Of a DNA stretch of 64,000 bases, positions 20,923 through 29,894 are shown piece after piece. The first letter of the stretch is position 1. Each line of letters begins with the position of its first letter. The translations under genes and the position numbers were made by a program. This DNA is from Prasinococcaceae sp. CCMP 1430 (taxonomy: Eukaryota; Plantae; Prasinodermophyta): positions 112,721 through 176,720 of the forward strand of contig RQSC01000011.1 in NCBI GenBank assembly GCA_013416795.1, read 5' to 3'. The notes beneath the pieces are model-generated. The model saw only the letters and a program-made list of their open reading frames with translations. It was not told the DNA's origin and searched no databases.

Positions 20923-22395
20923 TCATCGCGCCCCAGCGCGAGCGGCTGACTCCTCGACGCGGATGGCTCTGGCTGCCCGCCAGCACGCAGTGTTGCCCAC
21001 GAGCGTCAGCAGCCCCTGCACGCCCACGATCCACTCGACGCTGGGGTCGTTCCAGTAGACGTGGAATGCCACGGCCGAGACGCCGCCGCCGAGGAGGGGC
21101 ACCATCGCCCGCGCCAGGCCCACGAACGCTGGCCGGCGCGCTGCGAGTGCGTACTGCTGCGTGAGGGCCATGGCGACGCCCCATTCGAGCAGCGAGAGCA
21201 CGTGCACTGACCACGTCGCCAACGACAGCCCGTTGGGCGGCAGCTCGAGCGCGGCCGCCTCGGCGGCAGGGAGCGCCCATGGCTCCAGAGCGGCCGCAGC
21301 GGCGGCGGCGGCGGCGAGCGCGCCGAGCGCGAGCGACGCGGCGCCGACGCTGTCGTCGACGCTGCGCCCGCGGCCGGCAACCGCCTCGTCACCGCCTATT
21401 GCGGCAGCGGCGAGCGCGCACGGCGCGGCCACGAGCGCGAGCGGCCCAACGACGGCGGCCGCACCCCCGTCGCGAAGGGCGAGCAAGGTGTGCTGCAGCA
21501 CACCGCCACGCTCGATGGCGAGCGCGCCTCCCAGCGCGGCGGCGAACAGCGAACCGAGCAGCAGCGCATCGCCGCGCGCCCCCGGCGCGGCGGCGCCGCG
21601 CGGCCGCCCCTCGCGCGCTTCGCGGATGGCGTCGAGCAGCGACAGCACGATCGCGAGGTTTGTGCCGGAGACGAGCGACTGCGCAGCGAAGTGCAGGGAG
21701 TCGACATTGCTCACCAGCTGGCCGTAGGTCTCCTCGGTGTACGACTCGAGCGGAATGCTCGCCACCACGAACACGAGCAGGCTCGAGAAGGCCAGCGTCA
21801 CCCCGCGCGTTTCGCGCCCGCACCTCCACAGCTCGTACACGAAGAGCAAAAACGGCGCCAGCGACAGTGTGAACAGCATCACCTCGGGGTGCGTGTGCGC
21901 CTGCCGCAGCGCGACCGCGGCGGCCGTTGCGCTGGTCGCGGCAACCTCGCGCACCACCTCTGGCCCACCGGCGAGCGCGAGCAGCGCGCTGAAGCAGCCG
22001 ACGTCGCGCACGCCGCGCCACGCAGCTGCGGCCGGGCGCGGAGGCACCCACGTATCGCCAGCGGCGCCAGCACCGCGAACGGCGCTGGGTACCGCCGCCG
22101 CCGCTACGTGATCATCGTGCTCACCGTTGGGTCGCGCCGCTCGCTCCACGATGGCGGCACGCTCATCCCTCGGATGCGCCTGCCGTTCCGCCGCGCTCGC
22201 CGGGCTCGCCGCGGCCGCGGCCGCGCCGCCCGCCTGCTTGCACCCCCCCCCCCCCACACACACACCCGCGCGCCCTCGCCACGCGCGCGCGGAGTGGCGC
22301 TCGCTTGGGGTTTGGTGAATCCACTCAAACGTTCCCAACCCCAACCCCGCGCAACCCCCACCGGCGAAAGCCCCCCCATCAAACCGCGCCCTCAC
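20923..22395 (-). CDS. Ycf49-like membrane protein (DUF3593 + DUF2499), divergent paralog; start uncertain
   Basis: SLAPFLLFVYEL, LLVFVVASIP, VDSLHFAAQSLVSGTNL, NGLSLATWSVHVLSLLEW, FHVYWND align motif-by-motif with the neighbouring canonical copy. Confidence 0.8.
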   Translation of the reverse strand: MRARFDGGAFAGGGCAGLGLGTFEWIHQTPSERHSARAWRGRAGVCVGGGGCKQAGGAAAAAASPASAAERQAHPRDERAAIVERAARPNGEHDDHVAAAAVPSAVRGAGAAGDTWVPPRPAAAAWRGVRDVGCFSALLALAGGPEVVREVAATSATAAAVALRQAHTHPEVMLFTLSLAPFLLFVYELWRCGRETRGVTLAFSSLLVFVVASIPLESYTEETYGQLVSNVDSLHFAAQSLVSGTNLAIVLSLLDAIREAREGRPRGAAAPGARGDALLLGSLFAAALGGALAIERGGVLQHTLLALRDGGAAAVVGPLALVAAPCALAAAAIGGDEAVAGRGRSVDDSVGAASLALGALAAAAAAAAALEPWALPAAEAAALELPPNGLSLATWSVHVLSLLEWGVAMALTQQYALAARRPAFVGLARAMVPLLGGGVSAVAFHVYWNDPSVEWIVGVQGLLTLVGNTACWRAARAIRVEESAARAGAR

Positions 22396-22857
22396 TCGCG
22401 CCCGAAGCCACGAAAACGAACCCTGACGCCGACGAAACCCAAATGCTCGGGCGGGGTCCCCGCCGCTTCGCGCGTTGGAGATTCTCGCGATCCGCCCGCG
22501 CGCGTTGGCGCGCGCACGCGCGTCGAAATTTCACGCGTATGAACGAAGAAAGACGTAATATTACGGTCATACACCGCATCAGAACCCCCATCCGTCGCTT
22601 TTTTAATTTGGACGCCGTTTTTTTTTTTAAAGGCGAGTGCGTGTGCGGGGAGGGTGCGTTTTGCGCGCGTGCGTTTCGATGGGCGTCCCGCTTTCATCGC
22701 CGCGATTTCTGCATCGCCCCCTGATTCTTGTTTCGGTTTGAACCGATCTCGTCCCGGAATGCGCCGCATTTCGGCGTCTCGGCGCGGGCCGGCCGGCGGG
22801 GGACGGTCGTTGGTGTGTTCGGGCCGCGCGCCCGCGCGCGCGCGGAGGGGGGATTCG

Positions 22858-24075
22858 ATGGCGGGCGGCNGGAGGAGGAGGGGGGGGGGTGGCGGAGGGA
22901 GGAGCGCGGCCGCGCTCGGCGGCAGCGACGGCGCGGGCGCGCTGCTGGCGGCGGTGCCCACGACGCCCGCGGAGTGGGAGCAGCTCGAGGGCGCGCTGTT
23001 CGGGGCGTCGCTTTTCCCCTACCTGGCGTTCCTCTACTTCCTGGGCAAGGAGGAGACGAACGCGCCGCCGCTCGCCAACACGGGCTTCCGTTTCCTGTTG
23101 GTCTTCGTCTTCGGCTCCATCCCGGCGGCCATCGCCGCGAAGCTGCTCTACGGGGGCGCCGTGCTCGCGGACGTGGACCCGCTCCACGGCGCCGCGGAGA
23201 GCCTTCTGACCATCACCAACCTGCTGATAGTGCTGGGCTTCAGACAAGGGCTCAGGGAGGCCGCGGCGGAGGCCAACAGTGAGGGCGCTGCGACCGCGCC
23301 GCAGCCCGACCGTACCGCGCCGCGCCTCGCAGCGGTCGGCGCGGCGGGTGCGTCGGCGGCGCTGCTGGTGCCCGGCATCGGCATCGCAGGCTCCGAATCC
23401 GCGAGCGCGCTCCTCGGCTGGCACGCCGAGCCCGCCAACGCGCTGTCGATCCCAACGTGGGCGATCCACGTGAGCTCGTTGGTTGAATGGGTCATAGCGA
23501 TGGGCTACATCTGGCAGTACGCCGAGGCGAGCGGAAACCCGCGCTGGCGCGGACTCACGCTCGCCATGATCCCCTGCCACTCGTCGGGGCTGTGCGCGGT
23601 CACGTGGCACCTGCTCTACAACTCGCCGGCGCTCGCGCCCGTCGTCGCCGCGCAGGCGGCGCTCACCACCTTCGGTAACACGACCATCGCCTTCGCCGCC
23701 TGGCGCATCGCAAGCTTCGAGGCCGAGCGAGCGCTCGACAGGCAGCAGGCGGGGGAACGCGGTGGCGCGGAGCAGGCCGAGGCGCAGGAGCACGAGCAGG
23801 GTACGCAACTGCAGCAGGCCACCGAGAAGCGACGCGCGCGCGCGGCGCGCGACGCCGCGGAAGCCCTCGGAGACGACGGCTCGTACGTCCTCAACCTAAC
23901 CGCGGCTTCGGTGGTTGCGGCGGCCGCGCTCAAGTGGGGCTCGCTGGCGGTCGACCCGCTCTTCGCCCCCAGCAACGCGCTCGCCTTTTCCATCGTCGGC
24001 GCCGCGACTGCTGCCAACGTCCTCAAGTGGTCGAGGAATAGCGCTGCGGCGGCGGAGGCGGCGGCAGTAGAATAG
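22858..24075 (+). CDS. Ycf49-like membrane protein (DUF3593 + DUF2499), canonical copy
   Basis: SLFPYLAFLYFL, DVDPLHGAAESLLTITNL, NALSIPTWAIHVSSLVEW, LCAVTWHLLYN. Single N at 22870 near the 5' end. Confidence 0.88.
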   Translation: MAGGXRRRGGGGGGRSAAALGGSDGAGALLAAVPTTPAEWEQLEGALFGASLFPYLAFLYFLGKEETNAPPLANTGFRFLLVFVFGSIPAAIAAKLLYGGAVLADVDPLHGAAESLLTITNLLIVLGFRQGLREAAAEANSEGAATAPQPDRTAPRLAAVGAAGASAALLVPGIGIAGSESASALLGWHAEPANALSIPTWAIHVSSLVEWVIAMGYIWQYAEASGNPRWRGLTLAMIPCHSSGLCAVTWHLLYNSPALAPVVAAQAALTTFGNTTIAFAAWRIASFEAERALDRQQAGERGGAEQAEAQEHEQGTQLQQATEKRRARAARDAAEALGDDGSYVLNLTAASVVAAAALKWGSLAVDPLFAPSNALAFSIVGAATAANVLKWSRNSAAAAEAAAVE

Positions 24076-24291
24076 CGGTAAAGTAGTGCTGTGTCGGGCG
24101 TACGATCCCCGCGCAACGGCGCCGCGCACGCGCCTCGGGCGAGCGCAGGACGCACGGAGGCACGCGTATATACACAGTCGCTCGTCCCCACCTTAAAATG
24201 AGCGCTCGCGGGGCTCGCGCGACCGACAATTCACGCGGCGACCCCCGCGCACGCCGATAAATTATTCGCACGCTCTTTCGCTCGCTCCGCC

Positions 24292-25700
24292 TCACGCGCT
24301 CACGGCCTCGGCCGCGGGCGTCTCCGCCTTGCGCACCTCGCGCGAGACCGTGCGCATGGTGACGAACTCCTCCGCAGAGCTCGGGTGGATGCCCACGGTC
24401 GAGTCGAACTGCTTCTTGGTGGCGCCCATCTTGACCGCGATGGCCAGCCCCTGCATGATCTCCGCCGAGTCCTCGCCCACCATGTGGCAGCCGACCACCT
24501 TGTCGGTGGCAGCGTCCACCACGAGTTTCATAAAGGCGCGCTCGCTGCTGCCCGACAGCGTGTGCTTCATGGGTCGGAATGACGAGGTGTAGATGTCCAC
24601 GTCGCCCAGCGCGGCGGTGGCCGCCTCCTCGGTCATGCCCACGGTGGCCACCGGCGGCTGCGTGAAGACGGCGGCCGGCACGTTGGAGTGGTCGGGGACC
24701 TGCGGCACGCCCTTGATGACGGTGGAGACGAAGGCCATGCCCTCCATGAGCGCCACGGGAGTCAGGTTGATGCGGTCGGTGACGTCGCCCACCGCGTAGA
24801 TGGAGTCGATGTTGGTACGCGAGTACTCGTCGACCTTGATGGCGCCGTTGGGCGCCAGCTCGAGGCCCACTTCCGCCGCGCCAATGTCGCCGGTGTTGGG
24901 CTTGCGCCCGGTGGCGAACATGACCGCGCCGGTGGCGATGTCACCGGTGGAGGTCTTGAGCACCATCGAGCCGTCGTCCTGCTTCTCGACGGCGGTGGGC
25001 GAGGTCTCCGCGTGGATGGTGATGCCCTTGACCTCGAGCTGCTCTTTGAGGAACTCGCGCACCTCCTGGTCGAAGCCACGCAGCGGCAGATCCGCGCGGT
25101 ACACCACGTCCACCTTGGCGCCCAGGCCAGCGAAGATGCACGCGAACTCGAGCGCGATGTAGCCGCCGCCCACGATGGTGATGCTCTCGGGAAGCTCCTC
25201 CAGGTCGAGCGCGTCGTCGCTGGTGAGCACGAGCTCCTTGCCCGGGATGTCGGGCACGTAGGCGCGGCCGCCCACCGCGACAAGAATGGTCTTGGCGGTC
25301 ATCTTCTTGCCGTCCACCTCGACGGTGTGCGCGTCCACCATGCGGCCGCGCCCCTCCAGCAGCTCGACGCCCGAGCCGTTGAGCAGCTTGAGGTAGATGC
25401 CGTGCAGCCTGTCGAGCTCCTTGTTCTTGTTGAAGATGAGCGTGCGCATGTCGTGCGTGGGCGCCTCGGGCACGGTCCAGCCGAAGCCCTCGCAGTCCTT
25501 GAACGCATGGGCGTACTCCGAGCCGTACATCATCAGCTTCTTGGGCACGCAGCCGCGGATGACGCAGGTACCGCCAACGCCGCCGGTCGTGTCGCTCGCC
25601 TTGGTGCTGTACGGCATCTCGCACACCGCGACGCGCGCGCCCGCCGCCGCGGCCATCCATTGGGCGACCTGGCCTGAACCCAGCCCAGCCGCCTCTTCCC
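24292..25700 (-). CDS. GR: Glutathione reductase, plastid type; 5' part unresolved
   Basis: VAVCEMPYSTKASDTTGGVGGTCVIRGCVPKK (redox-active CxxxxC), VGGGYIALEF, AVGDVTDRINLTPVA, GIHPSSAEEFVTM. Confidence 0.95.
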
Positions 25701-25751
25701 TTCTGCCCGCCGCCCGCCGCGCGCCGCCGCGCGCGCCCTGTGCCGCCGCAC

Positions 25752-25753
<2 letters not shown>

Positions 25754-25807
<54 letters not shown>
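25754..25807 (+). repeat. (CAG)18 trinucleotide microsatellite
   Basis: Direct count; lies just 5' of the recognisable GR coding region. Confidence 0.95.
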
Positions 25808-25809
<2 letters not shown>

Positions 25810-26434
25810 GGCTGCCGCCTGCGCCGCGCGCCCTCGGCGAAACGAGGGCTGTTGCGTTGCGTCATCCGCCATCAGTTGGAAATTTGAAGGCGTTCGAACG
25901 AATATCAAGCGCAAACCCTTTTCTGTTTTGTGCTTTTTGCATCAACATGTGTTGTCTTGACCTCAAATCTGTCTGTGGGCGAGCGGCGAGCACTCGCGCT
26001 CGTGCCATCAGATACAGTTGTGTGTACCGTCGTACCGTCGGTACCAGGGGCGGAACCGTTACCCCGAACCCTCGGCTGGCTCCCACGCCTCCCACCTCGC
26101 GATGCGCGCCGCCTCGCGTCACCTCGCCAGCCGCCGCGCGCGCGGCGCAGGCGGGCGCGATGGCGCGAGAGGTCGCCCGTCGCGCGGCGCGAGGCGGCGC
26201 GAGGAACGCGAGGTGTACGCTGGCGTCGGGGATGTGCGGCGCGGCCGAGGCAGCTGTGCGTCGTAGCGGCGGGCCGCTGCAGCGGCGGCGGCGGTGGCCA
26301 CAGGGACGGAGGCACTGGACTGCACGTGCGCCCAGTTGCCGATGTGCACAAGCGCGCGATGTTTACTGTAATTGAAAAATGAGGGGTGCGTGCGTGCGCG
26401 GCCAGCTGCTGCGGGGTGGTGCTGCTGCAGGTGC

Positions 26435-26807
26435 TTACTTCTTGCCCTTGCCGTTGCGGCGCACGTCCTTGGTGAGCTTGTCGTACACGCCACCGCTGGC
26501 CGAGAAGAGGAAGTCACCGTTGCGGCCGCCCGAGAGGAAGGAGATCGGCGAGCCCGAGTACTCGGTCACCTGGCCGTCGACCTGTGGCGAGCGCGCCACG
26601 GGAGCGAGCGAGGGGGATCAACGGGCGAAGACACGGCAGGGGGGCGCTCGAGTCAGCGATGAGCGCAGCGCCCTCGCGCCTCGGTTTTGCTCGCGCCTGC
26701 GCTCGCGGCCAGCCGCCTCCTGCAGCGCTCGCACACACCTCGCGGCCGGGCAGGAAGCTGAGGAAGCCACCGGACGCCTTCTTGGCGGCGGCCTTCTTGG
26801 CGGGCGC
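26435..26807 (-). CDS. Small orphan Lys/Gly/Ser/Phe-rich protein; exons 26807..26739 and 26581..26435, first exon not located
   Basis: CACAG|APAKKAAAKKASGGFLSFLPGRE|GTGTGT...GCTGAC...CACAG|VDGQVTEYSGSPISFLSGGRNGDFLFSASGGVYDKLTKDVRRNGKGKK-TAA; both exons phase 0 with almost purely G/C third positions. Confidence 0.75.
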
Positions 26808-27339
26808 CTGTGGTAGCAGCGGCAGTGGAGCGGTGCGCCATGCGCCGTGCGTCAGCGTCGTGTCGCGGCATGGGGCGCGTCGCGCTGCTCCTCTCTACGC
26901 AGCGTTTCGGCGCACTGGGCGGTCTGTCCTCGCGTTTTCTCGCGAATTTCACGGAATGCGCTTCCATCGTTCCGAGAATCGGATGCTTTTTGCACGTTCG
27001 CTTCGCGAATTCGCGTCCCGCGCGCGCTCGGGGCCGCCGGCGCCACAAGATGGAGCAGGGGTGATGTGGCCGCGCGTGGAGCGCCGACGCCTCGCAGCAG
27101 CGCCCACCCGCACGCGCTCGCGCGCCGCCAAAAAAAAAAAAAATGGCTCGCCGCGCGCCGAATTTCGATTCGACTCTCCGACGATCCGTTCGATGCATCG
27201 GATTGCAAAATCGGCGGAAGGATGCGTCGGTGCGCGGACGGTCACGGCGACTCATTTGCGCTCGAATTTTGATGGCGCACGTGCACCTGCACGCGACCGA
27301 GGCCCGAGACGGGGGGCGGCGGGGCGCTCGCTCGCTCTC

Positions 27340-27472
27340 GTGTGTGTGTGTGCGTGTGTGTGTGCGCGTGTTTTTGCTCGTGTGTGTGTGCGTGTGCGTG
27401 CCTGCGTGTGTGTGTGTGCGTGTGTGTGCGCGTGTGTGTGCGTGCCTGCGTGTGTGTGTGCGCGTGTGCGTG
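27340..27472 (+). repeat. Imperfect (GT)n microsatellite
   Basis: Directly visible TG/CG dinucleotide array. Confidence 0.9.
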
Positions 27473-27801
27473 CTTGCATGCGGCGTGAGGCCGCGCGCGG
27501 CGTGTGCGGGTGAGGGTTGCTGGCTCGGCGCGCCACGCGCCGGACACGCGCCACCCGAGGTTTGCAAACGCACGCGCGCGCGCGTGGCGAATGAACTCGC
27601 CCGTGTGTACATTAAATATATACTTACAATACTAGAGTGGTGCGTAAGGAATTACAGAAGAGCCGCTGCGCACGCGAGTGCCGCTCGTATTCGTGCCGCT
27701 TCTTTTGATGGCGGAGGCGGAGGCTTGAGGGCGCGGCGCGCGCGCGCGAAATTCTCTTCCGTCGATTTCGCGCCGCGCGGCCGCGCGCGCGCGCCGGTGG
27801 C

Positions 27802-27802
<1 letters not shown>

Positions 27803-27854
<52 letters not shown>
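27803..27854 (+). repeat. Poly-T tract (~52 nt)
   Basis: Directly visible, upstream of the F-box gene. Confidence 0.95.
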
Positions 27855-27856
<2 letters not shown>

Positions 27857-28024
27857 GCGGCGCGGGTGCGGGTGCGGGGGGAGCTGCGGGGGTGCCACAG
27901 CGCGCGCGGGGGGCGAACGGCACGCGCGGCGCGCGGGACGGACGCTCGGACGACTGGGCACGCGTTTCGCCAGACGCTCCCTACCGGTCGAGGCCCCCGA
28001 CCCCGGGCGCCCGCCCCTGCCGAA

Positions 28025-29800
28025 ATGTCGGGGATGGCGTTCGCGACGCCCGTGTCCGGGCCGGCGGCGGTGTCGCCGGCGGAGCTCGCCAAGCTTGACG
28101 AGATCACGTGGGAGGCATCGACCTCGGCGTCGGCGTCGACATGGGCGTCGGCGTCGGCCTCGATATCGGCGTCGGCATCGGCGTCGGTGACGGCGGGCGC
28201 ACAGCCGCGCTCGCCGTGCTTCGAGGGGTGCGGCGACGAATGCAACAGCGGCAGCGCGAGCGCGGTGGATCGGCTGCCCGAGGACGTGCTCGGCGCCATC
28301 TTCGAGCACCTGTGCGAGCGTCCGCGCTACCTGGCGGCGGCGGCAGGCGTGTGCAAGCGCTGGCGCGAGCGCCTGCTCTCCGACGACACGCTTCTCGCGG
28401 CATGGAACTATGACGACACCAACGGCGACGGCAGCGCAGGCGACGAGACGCCCTCGGCCCCCAACGTGCTGCGCTCGCCGGTGCACACCGGTCGCTGGAC
28501 GATGGGCACCACAGCGGAAGACGTCCCCGTCGATGGGGAGGTGTGCACGCCACCGCCGCAGGCGAGCGCGTCGCGCACCGTCTCCGACGCGTGTGCGACC
28601 CCCGCAGGCCCCGCGCCGTCCACCTCGTCCTCCTTCGCCGATTCGCCGCGCACGCCCTCGCCCGTGCAGTTCGCGCGGCCCGCGCTGACGCCGCTGGAGG
28701 CCATCGAGCGGCGGCTGGCGCCCGTCGGACGATACGTGGGCAGCATCGACATCCGCAGCTCGAACCTGAATGCCGCTGCCGCCTCTGCGGCCGTGCGTGC
28801 CTGCCCGCGCCTCAAGGTATTGCGCGTGAACCACCTGTGCGATGTGGCCGACTCGCAGCTCATGGGCGTGCCGACCCAAAACCTGGCGGCCGCCCCGCGC
28901 GTGTATCGGCCGAGCGGCGCGATAGCAGCTGCTCACCGCGCAAGCATGGCGGTCGCGGGTGGCGCAGCGCCGTGCTACCAGCCCCGCTGCGGCTGCGCCG
29001 CGTGCCCCCCCGCCGCCTTCAGCGATCTTCACGTGCACTGCCCCGGCCTGGAGGTGGCCGAATTCGTGCTGCAACACGTGGCCTTCGGCCGTGAGCTGCG
29101 TCCGCTCATGCACTCGCTGGGGCAGCTCAAGCGACTCAACACGCTGGCGATCGAGCTGCGCAAGCCTGCGTTTGGTGCGTCGGTGCGGTCGGCGTGCCTT
29201 TGGGGGGAGCATGCGCGCGTGTCTGCTGTCGAGCTTCGCGCGCTGCTCGACGGCACACCGGCCGCCCAGAGTCTGGCCTCGCTGAGCATCAACCGCTGCG
29301 ATCCGGGTAAGGCGGGCGCGGAACTGCTGCGCCGCCGCGCGCCGGCGTTGCGCGCGCTCGCGCTGCACTCGGACGTGGCAGGCGCGCTGGGACCACGCAC
29401 GACCGTTGGCGGCCTCGCTGCCGACTCGCTCGGCGAGCTCGGTGGTGGCGAACTCGGCGGCCTCGAGGCGCTCGCGCTTGGACAGGTGCACACGGAAGGC
29501 AGCGCAGGCCGTGGTGCACACGAAGCGCTGGCGGCGTTGCAGGCACCCGCTTTGCGGAGTCTCTGCGTGGAATGCCTCGGCGCGCCGCCGCCCGCAGCGG
29601 CACTGCTGTCGCTGCGCGCCAAATGCCCGCACCTGCGCACGCTGCGAGTGAGCTACGCCGCGCGGGGCGTCGGTGAGCGCGAGGACACCATCAGGCTGCC
29701 GCACCGCGAGGTGGAGGCAGAACAGGTTCTGCGCAGGTGGGAGGCGCGCGTGCGAGCTGAGGTCGCCGACGCCGCCGACCAACGCAGCCCAATCCGGTGA
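28025..29800 (+). CDS. F-box protein with degenerate LRR-like C-terminus
   Basis: F-box DRLPEDVLGAIFEHL...AGVCKRWRE; later CPRLKVLRV, CPGLEV, LKRLNTLAI, CPHLRTLRV. Confidence 0.8.
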   Translation: MSGMAFATPVSGPAAVSPAELAKLDEITWEASTSASASTWASASASISASASASVTAGAQPRSPCFEGCGDECNSGSASAVDRLPEDVLGAIFEHLCERPRYLAAAAGVCKRWRERLLSDDTLLAAWNYDDTNGDGSAGDETPSAPNVLRSPVHTGRWTMGTTAEDVPVDGEVCTPPPQASASRTVSDACATPAGPAPSTSSSFADSPRTPSPVQFARPALTPLEAIERRLAPVGRYVGSIDIRSSNLNAAAASAAVRACPRLKVLRVNHLCDVADSQLMGVPTQNLAAAPRVYRPSGAIAAAHRASMAVAGGAAPCYQPRCGCAACPPAAFSDLHVHCPGLEVAEFVLQHVAFGRELRPLMHSLGQLKRLNTLAIELRKPAFGASVRSACLWGEHARVSAVELRALLDGTPAAQSLASLSINRCDPGKAGAELLRRRAPALRALALHSDVAGALGPRTTVGGLAADSLGELGGGELGGLEALALGQVHTEGSAGRGAHEALAALQAPALRSLCVECLGAPPPAAALLSLRAKCPHLRTLRVSYAARGVGEREDTIRLPHREVEAEQVLRRWEARVRAEVADAADQRSPIR

Positions 29801-29894
29801 GGCCGCGGTCGAGCTCGCGAGCCTCCTTGCCGCACGCGCGTGGTCGCTCGATCGCTCACGTCGGCCCAGCTAAAGTACACGATATTACTTGACC

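Noticed and set aside
27618-27630. ATACTTAC resembling the U1 snRNA 5' end
   Set aside because: Continues AAT rather than CTG; no U1 stem-loops or Sm site recognisable.
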